From sequence record HQ630627.1: DNA of 64,000 bases, one strand, 5' to 3'. Position 1 is the stretch's first letter. Each line of letters opens with the position of its first letter. Both the position numbers and the translations under genes were made by a program. A model generated the notes under the pieces. The model was given only the letters and a program-made list of their open reading frames with translations, made no database searches and had not been told where the DNA came from. This DNA comes from Pseudomonas phage PhiPA3. Shown here piece after piece: positions 9,473-19,870 of the stretch.

Positions 9473-11689
9473 ATGTCCACCGTTAGTACAACAGGCCTTT
9501 ATGATGAGGATCTGCACGGGACTAACCCCGCTAACCTCATTACTAATGAACTGCAAACTTTGCAGATTCCAGGCCCGAACGACTTCTACTTCATCATTCC
9601 GAAGGCCGCGCCGTTCTTTGTAGACTCTCTCGAAGTTTATAACGCTCAGACGGGCGTTAAATACGTAGAAGGCTCTGATTACATTGTCGGCCACCGTTTC
9701 GTAGAAGCGATGGAATCGATCGGTCGTCCGATCGCTGGTAGTATCCGTTTCATGAAACGGACTATTACTGGACAGGTAAGACTTAAATATCGGACGATTG
9801 GTGGTCAATGGGGCTTTAGTGACGCCGCTATTTTGGCCGAGCTGTCCCGTAAGCAATACAACCCACTCATTCGTAGTTGGGGTGATATTGACGTATTGCC
9901 GGCTTCATTCCCGGCATTGCAGCATGACCAATCTGTTGACAGTTTGGTGGGTTCGGAAGAAATTAATGCTTCCCTTAATCGGATTGCTGACATTCTGGAA
10001 GCAACTGCCTCTGGTACAACTGAAAGTCACTTGAAGGATTTTAATAACCCGCACCAAGTGACTAAGCAACAGGTACAGTTGGGTAACGTCCCGAACTACC
10101 TGATGGCTTCAGATCAACAACACATTGATGCTGCTCGTAACGATCTGTTTACCAACCCGCGTGGCGTGAAGCTGTCGATCCAAGAGTTTGCACTCAAACC
10201 TTTGAATGCTCACATTGCAGCAACTGGCAACGTGCATGGACTGACTACCAAGGATATTGGTCTGGAGAAGGTCCCGAACTATCCGGCTGCTACTGCACAA
10301 CAGGCTACGGATCCGACTAATAATGCAACGTTGATGACTCCGTACACAACGTCGCTATTAATCCAAGCACAACAGGCCGACCCGCGTTTAGATCAACTTA
10401 TTGCCGATTTCAACGCGCACTTGGCAGCAACCAACCCGCACAACATCGATCCACACATGATCGGTACTCTGTCAGAGGCTGAGATTCGTGCGCTGGTCCA
10501 ACAGGGTGGAGCTGGTGGTGATGCTACCACGTTCGGTGGAGAAACCCCTACTGACTGGGAAGCCAAATTCCCGGCAGTTGCCGACATTAATATAATTCTG
10601 GATGAACTGGCCACTACAGTTCAAGCAGGCGTTACGGCATTAACAGTCGTTGACGTAACCGATCCAGTTACCCCTGGTGATGAGACAGAGCACAAGATGC
10701 AACTGGCGACATGGGGCGAAGCTGGATATGGAGCGTATGCGATTTATAACGCCTTGGGTAACGTTCAGTATGTTGCATCCACTGACGCTGCTGGTTATCC
10801 AACAACGGTTCAATCACTGGGTCCGCTACAATGGGGTAGCACGCTCGATGCTAACTACATGTTGGACGCTCAAGGCGCATTGCGTTCTTGGGGTACTGCA
10901 AAAGTTGCTATTCCGACTGCGTATGCTTCGGGTAGTGGTTTCGTAGCGGCTAACAAAATGAATCAGATCTGGGTCACCAAAGGTGCAGTCTATGCTGTAT
11001 TGGCGAGTGCGGCCTCTGGTGCGATTGTCTTCCAAGGTGGTAACCCGTCTCCGGTTCTAGCGGGTCTGGTTATCACGGATATGTGGTTAGGACAGAGTAT
11101 CGTTGATACCCGTCGCATTGGTATTGCTGAGTCTGATGATGGCACCGATACACCGGTTTACACAGCTTTCGGTGATTCTTCTTTCGTCACAGCGATGACA
11201 GCACAACTCAATACCTTTAAATCACTCGGTAAGATCGAAGATATCCGTATCCTGGATAATTACATTGTGATTATAGGCACGAAGACTGGTTCGGCAGTGG
11301 GTAAGACGATGGTTGTTCTTCAAATCAACTACGGCGCCAACATTACACTGACCGATGTTACTACGACGTTTGATGTCTATAACCACCAGACCGGATTGAG
11401 CGTGAAGGCTAATACACTGAACCAGCTCGACGCCATCTCTGGTAATTATGGTCACGCTGTTATCACTCGCCAAATTGTTGGCACTGAGATCATGGAACTG
11501 TACAGCTTCGGTTCTAGTTCCAATGGTCAACGCTATATTCCGGGAACAGCTGGTCCGTTCTTGGCGGCTATGGCAGGCTTTGATTACACGGTGACTGTGG
11601 ATGCTACGAACTATGTGCAGTTCTGGGGTGACTCTCCTGATAACTCACTGCTCTGGCCTAACGGTCGTTACATTATTCCGGGAGGCTAA
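9473..11689 (+). CDS. tail fibre protein with repeated xNPHxxTKxQ(V/L)xLGxVPNY...AT.QQATD motif
   Basis: AGGAGG RBS; three copies of the ~40-aa NPH/NAH repeat shared with downstream fibre genes. Confidence 0.65.
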   Translation: MSTVSTTGLYDEDLHGTNPANLITNELQTLQIPGPNDFYFIIPKAAPFFVDSLEVYNAQTGVKYVEGSDYIVGHRFVEAMESIGRPIAGSIRFMKRTITGQVRLKYRTIGGQWGFSDAAILAELSRKQYNPLIRSWGDIDVLPASFPALQHDQSVDSLVGSEEINASLNRIADILEATASGTTESHLKDFNNPHQVTKQQVQLGNVPNYLMASDQQHIDAARNDLFTNPRGVKLSIQEFALKPLNAHIAATGNVHGLTTKDIGLEKVPNYPAATAQQATDPTNNATLMTPYTTSLLIQAQQADPRLDQLIADFNAHLAATNPHNIDPHMIGTLSEAEIRALVQQGGAGGDATTFGGETPTDWEAKFPAVADINIILDELATTVQAGVTALTVVDVTDPVTPGDETEHKMQLATWGEAGYGAYAIYNALGNVQYVASTDAAGYPTTVQSLGPLQWGSTLDANYMLDAQGALRSWGTAKVAIPTAYASGSGFVAANKMNQIWVTKGAVYAVLASAASGAIVFQGGNPSPVLAGLVITDMWLGQSIVDTRRIGIAESDDGTDTPVYTAFGDSSFVTAMTAQLNTFKSLGKIEDIRILDNYIVIIGTKTGSAVGKTMVVLQINYGANITLTDVTTTFDVYNHQTGLSVKANTLNQLDAISGNYGHAVITRQIVGTEIMELYSFGSSSNGQRYIPGTAGPFLAAMAGFDYTVTVDATNYVQFWGDSPDNSLLWPNGRYIIPGG

Positions 11690-11693
11690 ATAA

Positions 11694-12017
11694 ATGGCTA
11701 TTGCTGATTTTCGGGTCAAGCTGGAGTTCTTGAAAGGTGTTCTTTCTAACTACCAGAACTTGATCACTAATAAATTCGCAACGGTTCGTGATCGCCTTAA
11801 TGCACATACCAGTGCTACAGGTAATGTGCACGATATGGAAGCAGAAGACATTGGTTTGGGACAGGTACCCAACTATCCTCCTGCTACCACGCAGCAAGCC
11901 ACTGATGGAATCAGCAACAACTCGTTGATGACTCCTAAAAGGGTAGATGACTATGTTGCCACGAATATCTTCCAAGTGATCGAAACTGCGTTCAACGACG
12001 CTGCTGATCGATTGTAA
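11694..12017 (+). CDS. mini fibre-repeat protein (107 aa) carrying one copy of the NAH...GNVH...VPNYPPATTQQATD motif
   Basis: GGAGG RBS; the motif matches the internal repeats of the neighbouring fibre genes. Confidence 0.4.
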   Translation: MAIADFRVKLEFLKGVLSNYQNLITNKFATVRDRLNAHTSATGNVHDMEAEDIGLGQVPNYPPATTQQATDGISNNSLMTPKRVDDYVATNIFQVIETAFNDAADRL

Positions 12018-12091
12018 CTACCCTGGCAGCAGAAGGAGTCACTGTGGCTAACACGGTGATTCCTTCTGTTGTTATTTGTTCGGAGTCAATC

Positions 12092-13462
12092 ATGACCGAT
12101 ACGTATGTTTCACTACCTCTAGACAAAACGGGTCGTGACCCGAATAACCTGATGGGTAGTGAAGAACACACCCTTGTAGCTACACCCAATTTTCCGTACA
12201 AAATTATCACCCTTTACCATGGCGGCTTTTACCTGAGAGATCTTCGTGTATACGACGCTCAGTACAAGCGCCTGGTTAAAGATGTCGACTACATTGTGAC
12301 CTACTACCATAAGGACGCAAGCGAATACATTGGTCTGGACATTTGTTCAGCGATTGTATTCTTGGACAAAACCCGCACGGGTAAAGTCTATACGTCTGCT
12401 CAAATGGTCGGTGGTGATCTGGCCTTTAGCTTTACAGTGGTTAACGATTACGTTCAGTTCTATCGTAGTAAACCAGCTAACTATATTCCGGTCAGTAAAG
12501 ACTACAACGGTAACGAACCGATCTGGAAACCCGGTGAACTGGAAGCTGAACGATGGCATTTGGATACCTATCAACCATTTAACAATGAGTTAGATCGGAT
12601 TGCAAGGGCTATTACTGGTTCTATCGGTGACTATGAGACCGATTACCATAACAACGTCGTATCAGCTTATAACCAGTTCATGGCACGGTTTGATAATCGT
12701 TTAGATAATCACATCAACGATAAAAACAACCCGCACCAAGATAATAAATCTCAGACTGAGATTGGATTACCGCGTCTTCAGAACTTCAAGGTCGCAACTC
12801 AAGCTGAAGCGAATGCCGCTGCATCAAATACACTGTACTTGACCCCAAAACTCTCTGCCGGTATCGTCACCACATTAGCCTTGACGCCTCTGAACAACCA
12901 CATCAATTCGACTGGGAACGTTCACCGAGTAACCCTGGCTCAGCTAAACACCCCTAGCAAAGATACTGTAGATGCTACAGTGAACACGAAGTACCTGCGT
13001 AACGAGACAGTGGAGGGGGCTAACTTAGGACTCTTCAATGGCGGTTATCGTGATTGGAACTACATGTCCACTGAGTTTCGTCGTAACATTCCAGCACAGA
13101 ACTTTGTAGCAGGTGGTGCGAATGGTTACATGCCTCCTAGACGTATCGGTAGGGGTAATCCTGATGGGAACTCAGCCATGCACTCGGATGGTAGTTGGTG
13201 GTCATGGCCAGCCATTTTCGCAAGGTATGGTACTACTACCCGATCAGCAGTGTACATTATGACCATGGGGAACGTTACACCAGCCCAAGCGCATGCTATC
13301 GCCACCAGTCAATCTTTTGCATATACCGCCCCTATCGGCTCTATCATCTTCTACAACCTCAACGAAACTCTAACATGGGGTCGTGGTAACGGTACATTCA
13401 CCGAGACTCACGTTCAGACGTTCGGTTCGATGAAAACTGCCAGTGGGTGGGTACAACTTTAA
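12092..13462 (+). CDS. tail fibre paralog A1 (shared N-terminal anchor domain plus NPH repeats)
   Basis: the N-terminal ~115 aa aligns with the 13473 and 14900 proteins (LPLD.TG...PYK.I...GGFY...DY...MVGG); ATG at 12092 with GGAG RBS. Confidence 0.6.
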   Translation: MTDTYVSLPLDKTGRDPNNLMGSEEHTLVATPNFPYKIITLYHGGFYLRDLRVYDAQYKRLVKDVDYIVTYYHKDASEYIGLDICSAIVFLDKTRTGKVYTSAQMVGGDLAFSFTVVNDYVQFYRSKPANYIPVSKDYNGNEPIWKPGELEAERWHLDTYQPFNNELDRIARAITGSIGDYETDYHNNVVSAYNQFMARFDNRLDNHINDKNNPHQDNKSQTEIGLPRLQNFKVATQAEANAAASNTLYLTPKLSAGIVTTLALTPLNNHINSTGNVHRVTLAQLNTPSKDTVDATVNTKYLRNETVEGANLGLFNGGYRDWNYMSTEFRRNIPAQNFVAGGANGYMPPRRIGRGNPDGNSAMHSDGSWWSWPAIFARYGTTTRSAVYIMTMGNVTPAQAHAIATSQSFAYTAPIGSIIFYNLNETLTWGRGNGTFTETHVQTFGSMKTASGWVQL

Positions 13463-13472
13463 GGACTTCGTA

Positions 13473-14906
13473 ATGAACCCATTTCTTCACGCCCTACCTT
13501 ACGATCCAACGGGAACAGCCATCAATAACAGAACCCGTGGTGAGGTGCATGACCTGTCCGCTCAGCACGAATACCCGTACAAGGTAATCGTGATGGAGAA
13601 AGGGTACTTCTATACCAAGGACTTAGTCATTATCGACAAAACAGGTTACCGTCTTGTAGAGAACCAAGACTATCAATGCACCATGATGAATGCCGAGATT
13701 GCCAAGAAGACTGGTAAGACGGCATGTGCTGTAATTGTGGTATCCAGTAAGAAGATCAATCCGGTCGTACGAATTGATGCTCAAATGGTCGGCGGGGTGT
13801 ATTGTCAGCTTGCTCCAGCGATCGCTCAGCAAGCACGCGGCTTACTCAACAACACTCGTTCTGTTCATTGGAACAACATTATTGATAAGCCCAATACATT
13901 TAAACCCAATGGCCATTTCCATGCGTTGTGGGAGTTGTTCCGCTTCACTCCCCAGGTTCTGATTCTTAAACGAATTGAATCTATTCTGGAGCGACAAATC
14001 GAGCGCGATATGGATGACGTGTTGGCTGAGTTCCAACGCAAACTCGATCAGATTGGTGATAACCTTGGCGATATCGATGCCCGGCTAACTACGCACATTC
14101 AAGATACCCGTAACCCGCACAACACGACTAAAGCCAAACTCCAATTGGATAAAGTCCAAGACGGTGCGGTAGCAACCCTGGATCAGGCACGTACTACGTC
14201 AGGGACCATTCTTGATGCCTACGCCACACCACTGCGTGCGGCAGATTCCATCGCTGTAAATTTTACCCCGATGTTGCAAGCGCACATCACTGACTACAAC
14301 AACCCGCATAAAGAAACAGCCGCTAAACTGGGTACACTGACTGTTCAAGAACATTTGAATCTTGCAGCCCAGTATTACGACCGTGGATCAGTTGTAGCAA
14401 TGACCGATCGCTTAGAAGGAGAACTCTTCAGTTCCATCTACGATCGTGCACGTAAGAACGTTCCGATTAACCAACTCACATCTGGTATTTTCCCGTCAGA
14501 GCGATACTCAACTCACCAGACGGGTACACCCATGGTTGATTCTTTGTTGGTGCCAACCGGCGATCCAAATTGGGTTGCCAATGACGGATACTTCATGGGA
14601 TGGCTAGGTATTGATAAAATCTTCGAGACGTACGAGAAGAAAGGTAATCAAATTTTGTATATGAGTGGTACAGTGGGTTCAATGTCTAAAGGCAATAACG
14701 CCGCTGACACTATCACCACGCTACGCAATACCTTTGGTTACAACGTACCATCAGGGACAATGGCCGTTTGGAGATATCTCACTGATTGGATTATCAGTAC
14801 AGGTAACGGTGCGTACACTACTCATCTCAGTGCTATTGGCATGGCAGTATTCCTAAACGGAGACTGGCGCATTCCAGGTATGGCTAATGGTAACAGTCCA
14901 TGGTAA
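13473..14906 (+). CDS. tail fibre paralog A2
   Basis: shared N-terminal domain, NPH repeats, AAGGA RBS before the ATG at 13473. Confidence 0.6.
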   Translation: MNPFLHALPYDPTGTAINNRTRGEVHDLSAQHEYPYKVIVMEKGYFYTKDLVIIDKTGYRLVENQDYQCTMMNAEIAKKTGKTACAVIVVSSKKINPVVRIDAQMVGGVYCQLAPAIAQQARGLLNNTRSVHWNNIIDKPNTFKPNGHFHALWELFRFTPQVLILKRIESILERQIERDMDDVLAEFQRKLDQIGDNLGDIDARLTTHIQDTRNPHNTTKAKLQLDKVQDGAVATLDQARTTSGTILDAYATPLRAADSIAVNFTPMLQAHITDYNNPHKETAAKLGTLTVQEHLNLAAQYYDRGSVVAMTDRLEGELFSSIYDRARKNVPINQLTSGIFPSERYSTHQTGTPMVDSLLVPTGDPNWVANDGYFMGWLGIDKIFETYEKKGNQILYMSGTVGSMSKGNNAADTITTLRNTFGYNVPSGTMAVWRYLTDWIISTGNGAYTTHLSAIGMAVFLNGDWRIPGMANGNSPW

Positions 14907-16312
14907 CTACAACTATTGAAAGTGGAATCACGTTCCTACCGCTGGATCTAACTGGAACAGCGGTTACAAACCGTATCGTGAATGAATCCCACACCCTGAC
15001 TAAAGTTCCAGGTAAAAATAATCGCGTTTTCGTTTGTACCCATGGGGGATACTACACCAATGGGTTTGAACTGCGAGATAACACTGGTCGTGCACTGATT
15101 AGAGGTCGTGATTATGTCATGACCTACCATTATCAACAGCTCACTGAAATGACGGGTAAGGGAGTGTACGGCCTGGTAGTTATTACAGATACCACCGCTG
15201 TATCTCCTGTAAGGGTGAGCTACCAAGCAGTGGGTGGTTTCTTTAGTGTTTCAGCTGATGAGCTTAAGGCACTGCTGGAAAAGCTGACTAACAGCGATGC
15301 CTTGAAGATCACGTGGGAACAGATCGTGGGTAAGCCAGATGCTTATGCACCGGCAGACCACCGACACGAACTTTGGCAGCTGTATGGCATGGAATCCATG
15401 GTCACCAACCTTGATCGGATTGGTGATGCTTGGGCACTTGGGCGTACAGCACTACTTAGTGAAGCCCGTTCGTACTACACCGGTTATCTTCAGCTTGCTC
15501 AACAAGCACTGGATAACTATATTGCACGAGTAAATGCTCACATCACAGACCAGAATAATCCACACCAGACGGATAAGGTTAAGATTGGGCTGAGCTTTAT
15601 CAATAACTGGCCAATGGCAACAGCTGCGCAAACCACGAACGTGAACCTGGATAACGTGTACATGCCCATTGGTGGTATTTACAACATGATCCAGTCTATG
15701 GTTATTCCAGCGTTGATAAACCACATCAGACGCCAGGACAACCCACACCAACTTAAACTCACGGATCTTAACCTATATAGCACCGCACAGATTAACGCCC
15801 TGTACGCAGCTAGATTGGCCAAAACCCAAGCGGCTTATAACTCGAAGTTGTTCGCGGGTAATAACAACTACACGTTGTACATGCAGCCTCGACTTTGGTT
15901 GGACATGGTAAACGTTGACCCAGGATCAATTTTCTCTCGGGATCGCTTTGCTCCGGATATCCCTGGTTGGGGCCCACGTGGATTACCGACCGACTTTGTT
16001 TGGAGTGGGGATAACGTATTCCGGTATTTTCCGACTGTGTTTGAACAATGGAACAACCAATCCAGTAATGTGTACTTCGTTGGTTCAAATAGCGCTACAT
16101 CAGGTCCATCGAACATTTACACCCGCCAAGGTGCTGAGTGGGCTATCCTTAATTCGAACCGCATCTATATCCAAGATATTCCCGTTGGCTCGCATTTTGT
16201 GGGTACCTACTTGCGTAACATGAACGGTGGGCGATATGTGCCACAGTTTGTTATCTGGCGTTATAATGGTGGTGACCGTACATCTTCCAACAGTTACACG
16301 GCCGTTCTATAG
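14900..16312 (+). CDS. tail fibre paralog A3
   Basis: shared N-terminal domain, two NPH repeats, ATGGTAA start/stop overlap with the upstream gene. Confidence 0.6.
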   Translation: MVTTTIESGITFLPLDLTGTAVTNRIVNESHTLTKVPGKNNRVFVCTHGGYYTNGFELRDNTGRALIRGRDYVMTYHYQQLTEMTGKGVYGLVVITDTTAVSPVRVSYQAVGGFFSVSADELKALLEKLTNSDALKITWEQIVGKPDAYAPADHRHELWQLYGMESMVTNLDRIGDAWALGRTALLSEARSYYTGYLQLAQQALDNYIARVNAHITDQNNPHQTDKVKIGLSFINNWPMATAAQTTNVNLDNVYMPIGGIYNMIQSMVIPALINHIRRQDNPHQLKLTDLNLYSTAQINALYAARLAKTQAAYNSKLFAGNNNYTLYMQPRLWLDMVNVDPGSIFSRDRFAPDIPGWGPRGLPTDFVWSGDNVFRYFPTVFEQWNNQSSNVYFVGSNSATSGPSNIYTRQGAEWAILNSNRIYIQDIPVGSHFVGTYLRNMNGGRYVPQFVIWRYNGGDRTSSNSYTAVL

Positions 16313-16320
16313 AGGTTAAC

Positions 16321-16917
16321 ATGCATTACATTGCTGCTCACGTATCCGCTGAGTCCGAACGCGTTCCTTCAACCTTGTTGTTTAACAAGATCACAGGGAT
16401 GTTCATTGTTGCAGTCAGTATTCCTTTCGAAGAGTACGAAAATCAAGCGGATTTCTACATCGCCATTGGCGCTGACTTTAATCACGTTAACGACACCGTT
16501 GTCGGTGGTCTCATCATTAAAGAAGATGGGACCTATGTTGAAGACTTTAAAGTCATGTCACGGGATGAAGCCCCGCGGATGGTTTACGAATCTCAGCTGA
16601 ACGCTCAAGCTGAGTACAAAATCACAAAGAAATACTCCATCGTAGATCAGATCAACGTGTTGTCGCGTGCAATCCAAGCCATTGCAAAGAAAGCTGGAGT
16701 TGACGTCTCTGAACTGACAGAGATGCAAGACTACATTGATCTTTGCTTGCAGACTAACGCAACGCAGAAGGCATTCTATCGTGACAACCCCGACATCGTT
16801 TACGTCAGCGACGAACAAAAAGAAGCTGATGACGCCGCCCGATTGGAAGGCGGTCTCCATGAAGCACTTGGCCCAAGAACTGTTGGCGGTATCCGTATTT
16901 CCGGAACAACAGGCTAA
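16321..16917 (+). CDS. hypothetical protein (198 aa), possibly a fibre assembly factor
   Basis: ORF immediately after the fibre cluster; the function is a guess from position only. Confidence 0.4.
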   Translation: MHYIAAHVSAESERVPSTLLFNKITGMFIVAVSIPFEEYENQADFYIAIGADFNHVNDTVVGGLIIKEDGTYVEDFKVMSRDEAPRMVYESQLNAQAEYKITKKYSIVDQINVLSRAIQAIAKKAGVDVSELTEMQDYIDLCLQTNATQKAFYRDNPDIVYVSDEQKEADDAARLEGGLHEALGPRTVGGIRISGTTG

Positions 16918-17341
16918 GGACATCGTCGAGTATTTAGACGGGATTAACCCAAGTTACTGGTTCCATCGATCTAAAATCAACAGTATCCCCACCAAAGGGG
17001 ACCCTACTGCGGATTACTATTTCATGGGTGACCGGCAACAACCTACTGAACTACGTAAGTTCCTGTATGACCTAGCCCCTATTATCGACGGGTGGAAACC
17101 TACTGAAATGTGCTTGAACAAGTACGAAGTAGGAAATGGCATGCCTGAACATATTGACCTTGCAATGTATCGCCACAACATGGTTATCGCCTTGTGTGAC
17201 CATGGTGATGGATTGCTAATCAATGGTGAGTTCTACGTGGATACTCCAGGGCAAGGTGTTATCTTACCCTTTAAGTCTCCACCACATGAGGTTCCTCCCG
17301 TCAAGACTAGGCGTTATGTGTTGATCTATCTTTACGAATAG
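16859..17341 (+). CDS. putative 2OG-Fe(II) oxygenase-like protein (HxD ... H ... R spacing)
   Basis: EHID, then a His ~45 aa later (PPHEV), then Arg ~10 aa later (TRRYVL); GGAAGG RBS; weak motif-level call. Confidence 0.35.
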   Translation: MKHLAQELLAVSVFPEQQAKDIVEYLDGINPSYWFHRSKINSIPTKGDPTADYYFMGDRQQPTELRKFLYDLAPIIDGWKPTEMCLNKYEVGNGMPEHIDLAMYRHNMVIALCDHGDGLLINGEFYVDTPGQGVILPFKSPPHEVPPVKTRRYVLIYLYE

Positions 17342-17349
17342 GTACTGAT

Positions 17350-17835
17350 ATGTACAAGCATTACGACCCCTTGACCGAAGCTGAGCTGGAAACATTGTTA
17401 ACGTTGAAAGATCAAGTTCCGTTTAAGATTGCCACCAGTTATAAGCGTCGAATGGGCGAGAATGGAAATAAAGCACTGAGTATTTACAATTACTCGAAAT
17501 GGTTCGAGTGGACCAAACCACAGCGTGAGTTGTTCAAAGAAGGCTTCAGTAACGATGCCCTCGATAAAGCTGTTCAGGGTTGGTTCTTGGAACTGCCTGC
17601 TGGTAAAGGTTTTCTTGACCGTATGACCACCTGGGTTGACAAACCTGGTTCAGGTACGATCATTGCAACCGCTCTGAAAGATCAGGACATTCTTCTGGAT
17701 GATAAGTCTGTACACCTAAAGAAAGGCGAACAGATTGGATTCCATCTGAGTACGATCCACCAGATAGCCCCCAGTAAAGAGGGCCAGCTCTGGGCTTGCA
17801 TCATGGTTCGTGGCGACCACGAAAAGCTCACCTGA
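17350..17835 (+). CDS. hypothetical protein (161 aa)
   Basis: ORF only. Confidence 0.45.
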   Translation: MYKHYDPLTEAELETLLTLKDQVPFKIATSYKRRMGENGNKALSIYNYSKWFEWTKPQRELFKEGFSNDALDKAVQGWFLELPAGKGFLDRMTTWVDKPGSGTIIATALKDQDILLDDKSVHLKKGEQIGFHLSTIHQIAPSKEGQLWACIMVRGDHEKLT

Positions 17836-17880
17836 AATTCCTGCACAATCTTACAGGTTTCGTATTCTTAAGGATTCATC

Positions 17881-18783
17881 ATGGCTGATTCGTCTAATCC
17901 CATCGATCAGCAGATTATCAACGTCGTACGCACATGCTACGCGTCTTATCTGCAAACGACCAAGTACCTGGGTCTTTCTCCGTTCCGCATGATTGCCAAC
18001 ACTACTCTTAATGAGAAGTTTGGTATTCAGCAGGGCGTTGCCCCTGCTGCCAGTGAAATGCCCAATGTCCGGTACATGGTTATCGGTAACATGGGTCACT
18101 ACACCGTTAAAGCAGCTGATGGTGCTGACGAGGTTGAACCGCGTATCCACCGGTCTAACCACGCAGCACTGTATAACCACATTCCATTCGTACTGCGTGA
18201 GATCACCAATGATCTTCCAGCCGGTGCTACCCGCGACAAATACTGTCTGCGTCGCCTGGAAACCTGGAACGGTAAACAGTACGTGGCTTACTACGGTCGC
18301 CGGATATCGGTAACTGGTGTACAACCCCAGCTGCTGCAAATCGAAATCATCAATGGTGTTGAGACTACCACACCGTACGTCCCAACAGTTGATGACCTGA
18401 ACCCTGTTCCGCCGGATATCTCCAACAATGGTACTGTAATTGGTTCTAACAAGACCATCTCGGCCTCAGCAATCGTCAAGGTTAGCCTTACTGCTGAAGA
18501 GATTCTGGAAATCACCAATGCTCATCGCATCCGTACTGGCTCTGCTCGTTCTCCGATCATTTCGGAAATTGGCCTGTGTTCGGGTGTAGATCGTCTGGTA
18601 GCTGGTCAAGGTTCTGCCGGTAGCTTCCAATACCAGGAAGTGCTGGCCTGCCAGGTCAACGTTCATATCGCAACCAACCATCCGATCGGCTACAGCTCTA
18701 ACGGGTTGAACCTGACCTTCGATATCGGCGGCGTAGAACCGACTCTGGGTGATAAAGCCGTCAACCAAGCAACCTTCGTGTAA
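17881..18783 (+). CDS. hypothetical protein (300 aa)
   Basis: ORF with AAGGA RBS. Confidence 0.5.
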   Translation: MADSSNPIDQQIINVVRTCYASYLQTTKYLGLSPFRMIANTTLNEKFGIQQGVAPAASEMPNVRYMVIGNMGHYTVKAADGADEVEPRIHRSNHAALYNHIPFVLREITNDLPAGATRDKYCLRRLETWNGKQYVAYYGRRISVTGVQPQLLQIEIINGVETTTPYVPTVDDLNPVPPDISNNGTVIGSNKTISASAIVKVSLTAEEILEITNAHRIRTGSARSPIISEIGLCSGVDRLVAGQGSAGSFQYQEVLACQVNVHIATNHPIGYSSNGLNLTFDIGGVEPTLGDKAVNQATFV

Positions 18784-18792
18784 GGATTTGCT

Positions 18793-19356
18793 ATGTTGTG
18801 GCTTCCAGATAGCATTGAACCCTTCCGACTGGCGTCATTCGACCCCGGTTCGAGTAATGTGGGATTGGCTCTCCTGGAAAATAGTTTAGATGGAAATGAC
18901 CCTGTGGTGCGCCAAGCTTTTACGGCGCACCTCAAGGACACCCATCCGGCATATTCTGAGATAACTGATTTGCACGGTTCCCGTACCGTTCGGTTGATGA
19001 TCTTAGCGGACATCGTAACAGATTTCTTGAGAACACATAGACCACATGCGGTCATTGTTGAATCGAACTATTTAGGTAAGTTTGCTAACAGCTTTGCAGC
19101 ACTTGTGGAATGCGTTATCGTCATTCGAAACGCCCTCTATAAGTACGATCCTTTTATTCCGCTTTACACCGTAGATCCTAGTACCGCGAAAATCAATGCG
19201 GGTATGGTTAAGGTGAAAGGCACGGATAAAGAGGACGTCCGCAAAGCACTTCGTAGCCGTACTGACCTTAAATGGGACATTGACATTGATAGTCTTGATG
19301 AACACGCAGTTGATGCGTGTGCCATTGGGTACTACTACATGTGTAAAGTTCTCTGA
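18793..19356 (+). CDS. RuvC-like Holliday junction resolvase
   Basis: N-terminal SFDPGSSNVGLAL (RuvC-type DPG), IVESNY acidic residue, C-terminal DEHAVDACAIG motif. Confidence 0.7.
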   Translation: MLWLPDSIEPFRLASFDPGSSNVGLALLENSLDGNDPVVRQAFTAHLKDTHPAYSEITDLHGSRTVRLMILADIVTDFLRTHRPHAVIVESNYLGKFANSFAALVECVIVIRNALYKYDPFIPLYTVDPSTAKINAGMVKVKGTDKEDVRKALRSRTDLKWDIDIDSLDEHAVDACAIGYYYMCKVL

Positions 19357-19366
19357 TGAGGTTTTT

Positions 19367-19870
19367 ATGTTCCAACTGTTAAAGAGTTCTCCACTACGGT
19401 GGGTACTCGTCGGCTTGGTAATAGCCGTCGTTGGTGGTCTTGTCTTTTTCTACAATGAGTATACTGACGCCGTTAGGACAAATGGAGAACTTGTCCAACA
19501 AAACGATAAGCTTGAAAGGATTATCGAGCGTAACAATCAATCAGCGGCCATCACTGATCAGATTGTGTCAGACACTCTAAAACAAACCGTCGATGCGCAG
19601 AAACAGCAGGAACAATCACGAATAGAGGTGATTGATGAGTACATTAACTTGTCCCATCAAACCGCAATTAAATGGCCGACTGCTCCAAAGGGTCCGCCAG
19701 TGGTTGAAATTGGGAATGAGTCGGTTTCGGGTCACGCCACCAAACCGTCCAGTAATGATGTTAGTGGTGATAGTAGGGCTCTCTACGTTCTTGTTACACG
19801 GATGCGCGAACAATACTGCAAAGCCGGAGGAGAGGCCACCTACTGCAATACCCAGTCCACTACTCATTAG
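19367..19870 (+). CDS. i-spanin (Rz-like): N-terminal TM helix plus periplasmic coiled coil
   Basis: MFQLLKSSPLRWVLVGLVIAVVGGLVFF TM segment, then a charged coiled-coil region; GAGG RBS. Confidence 0.55.
   Translation: MFQLLKSSPLRWVLVGLVIAVVGGLVFFYNEYTDAVRTNGELVQQNDKLERIIERNNQSAAITDQIVSDTLKQTVDAQKQQEQSRIEVIDEYINLSHQTAIKWPTAPKGPPVVEIGNESVSGHATKPSSNDVSGDSRALYVLVTRMREQYCKAGGEATYCNTQSTTH

Noticed and set aside
17350-17835. Second 2OG-oxygenase or cupin call for the 161-aa protein
   Set aside because: His residues are present (FHLSTIHQ, RGDHE) but there is no HxD...H arrangement. The evidence is insufficient.
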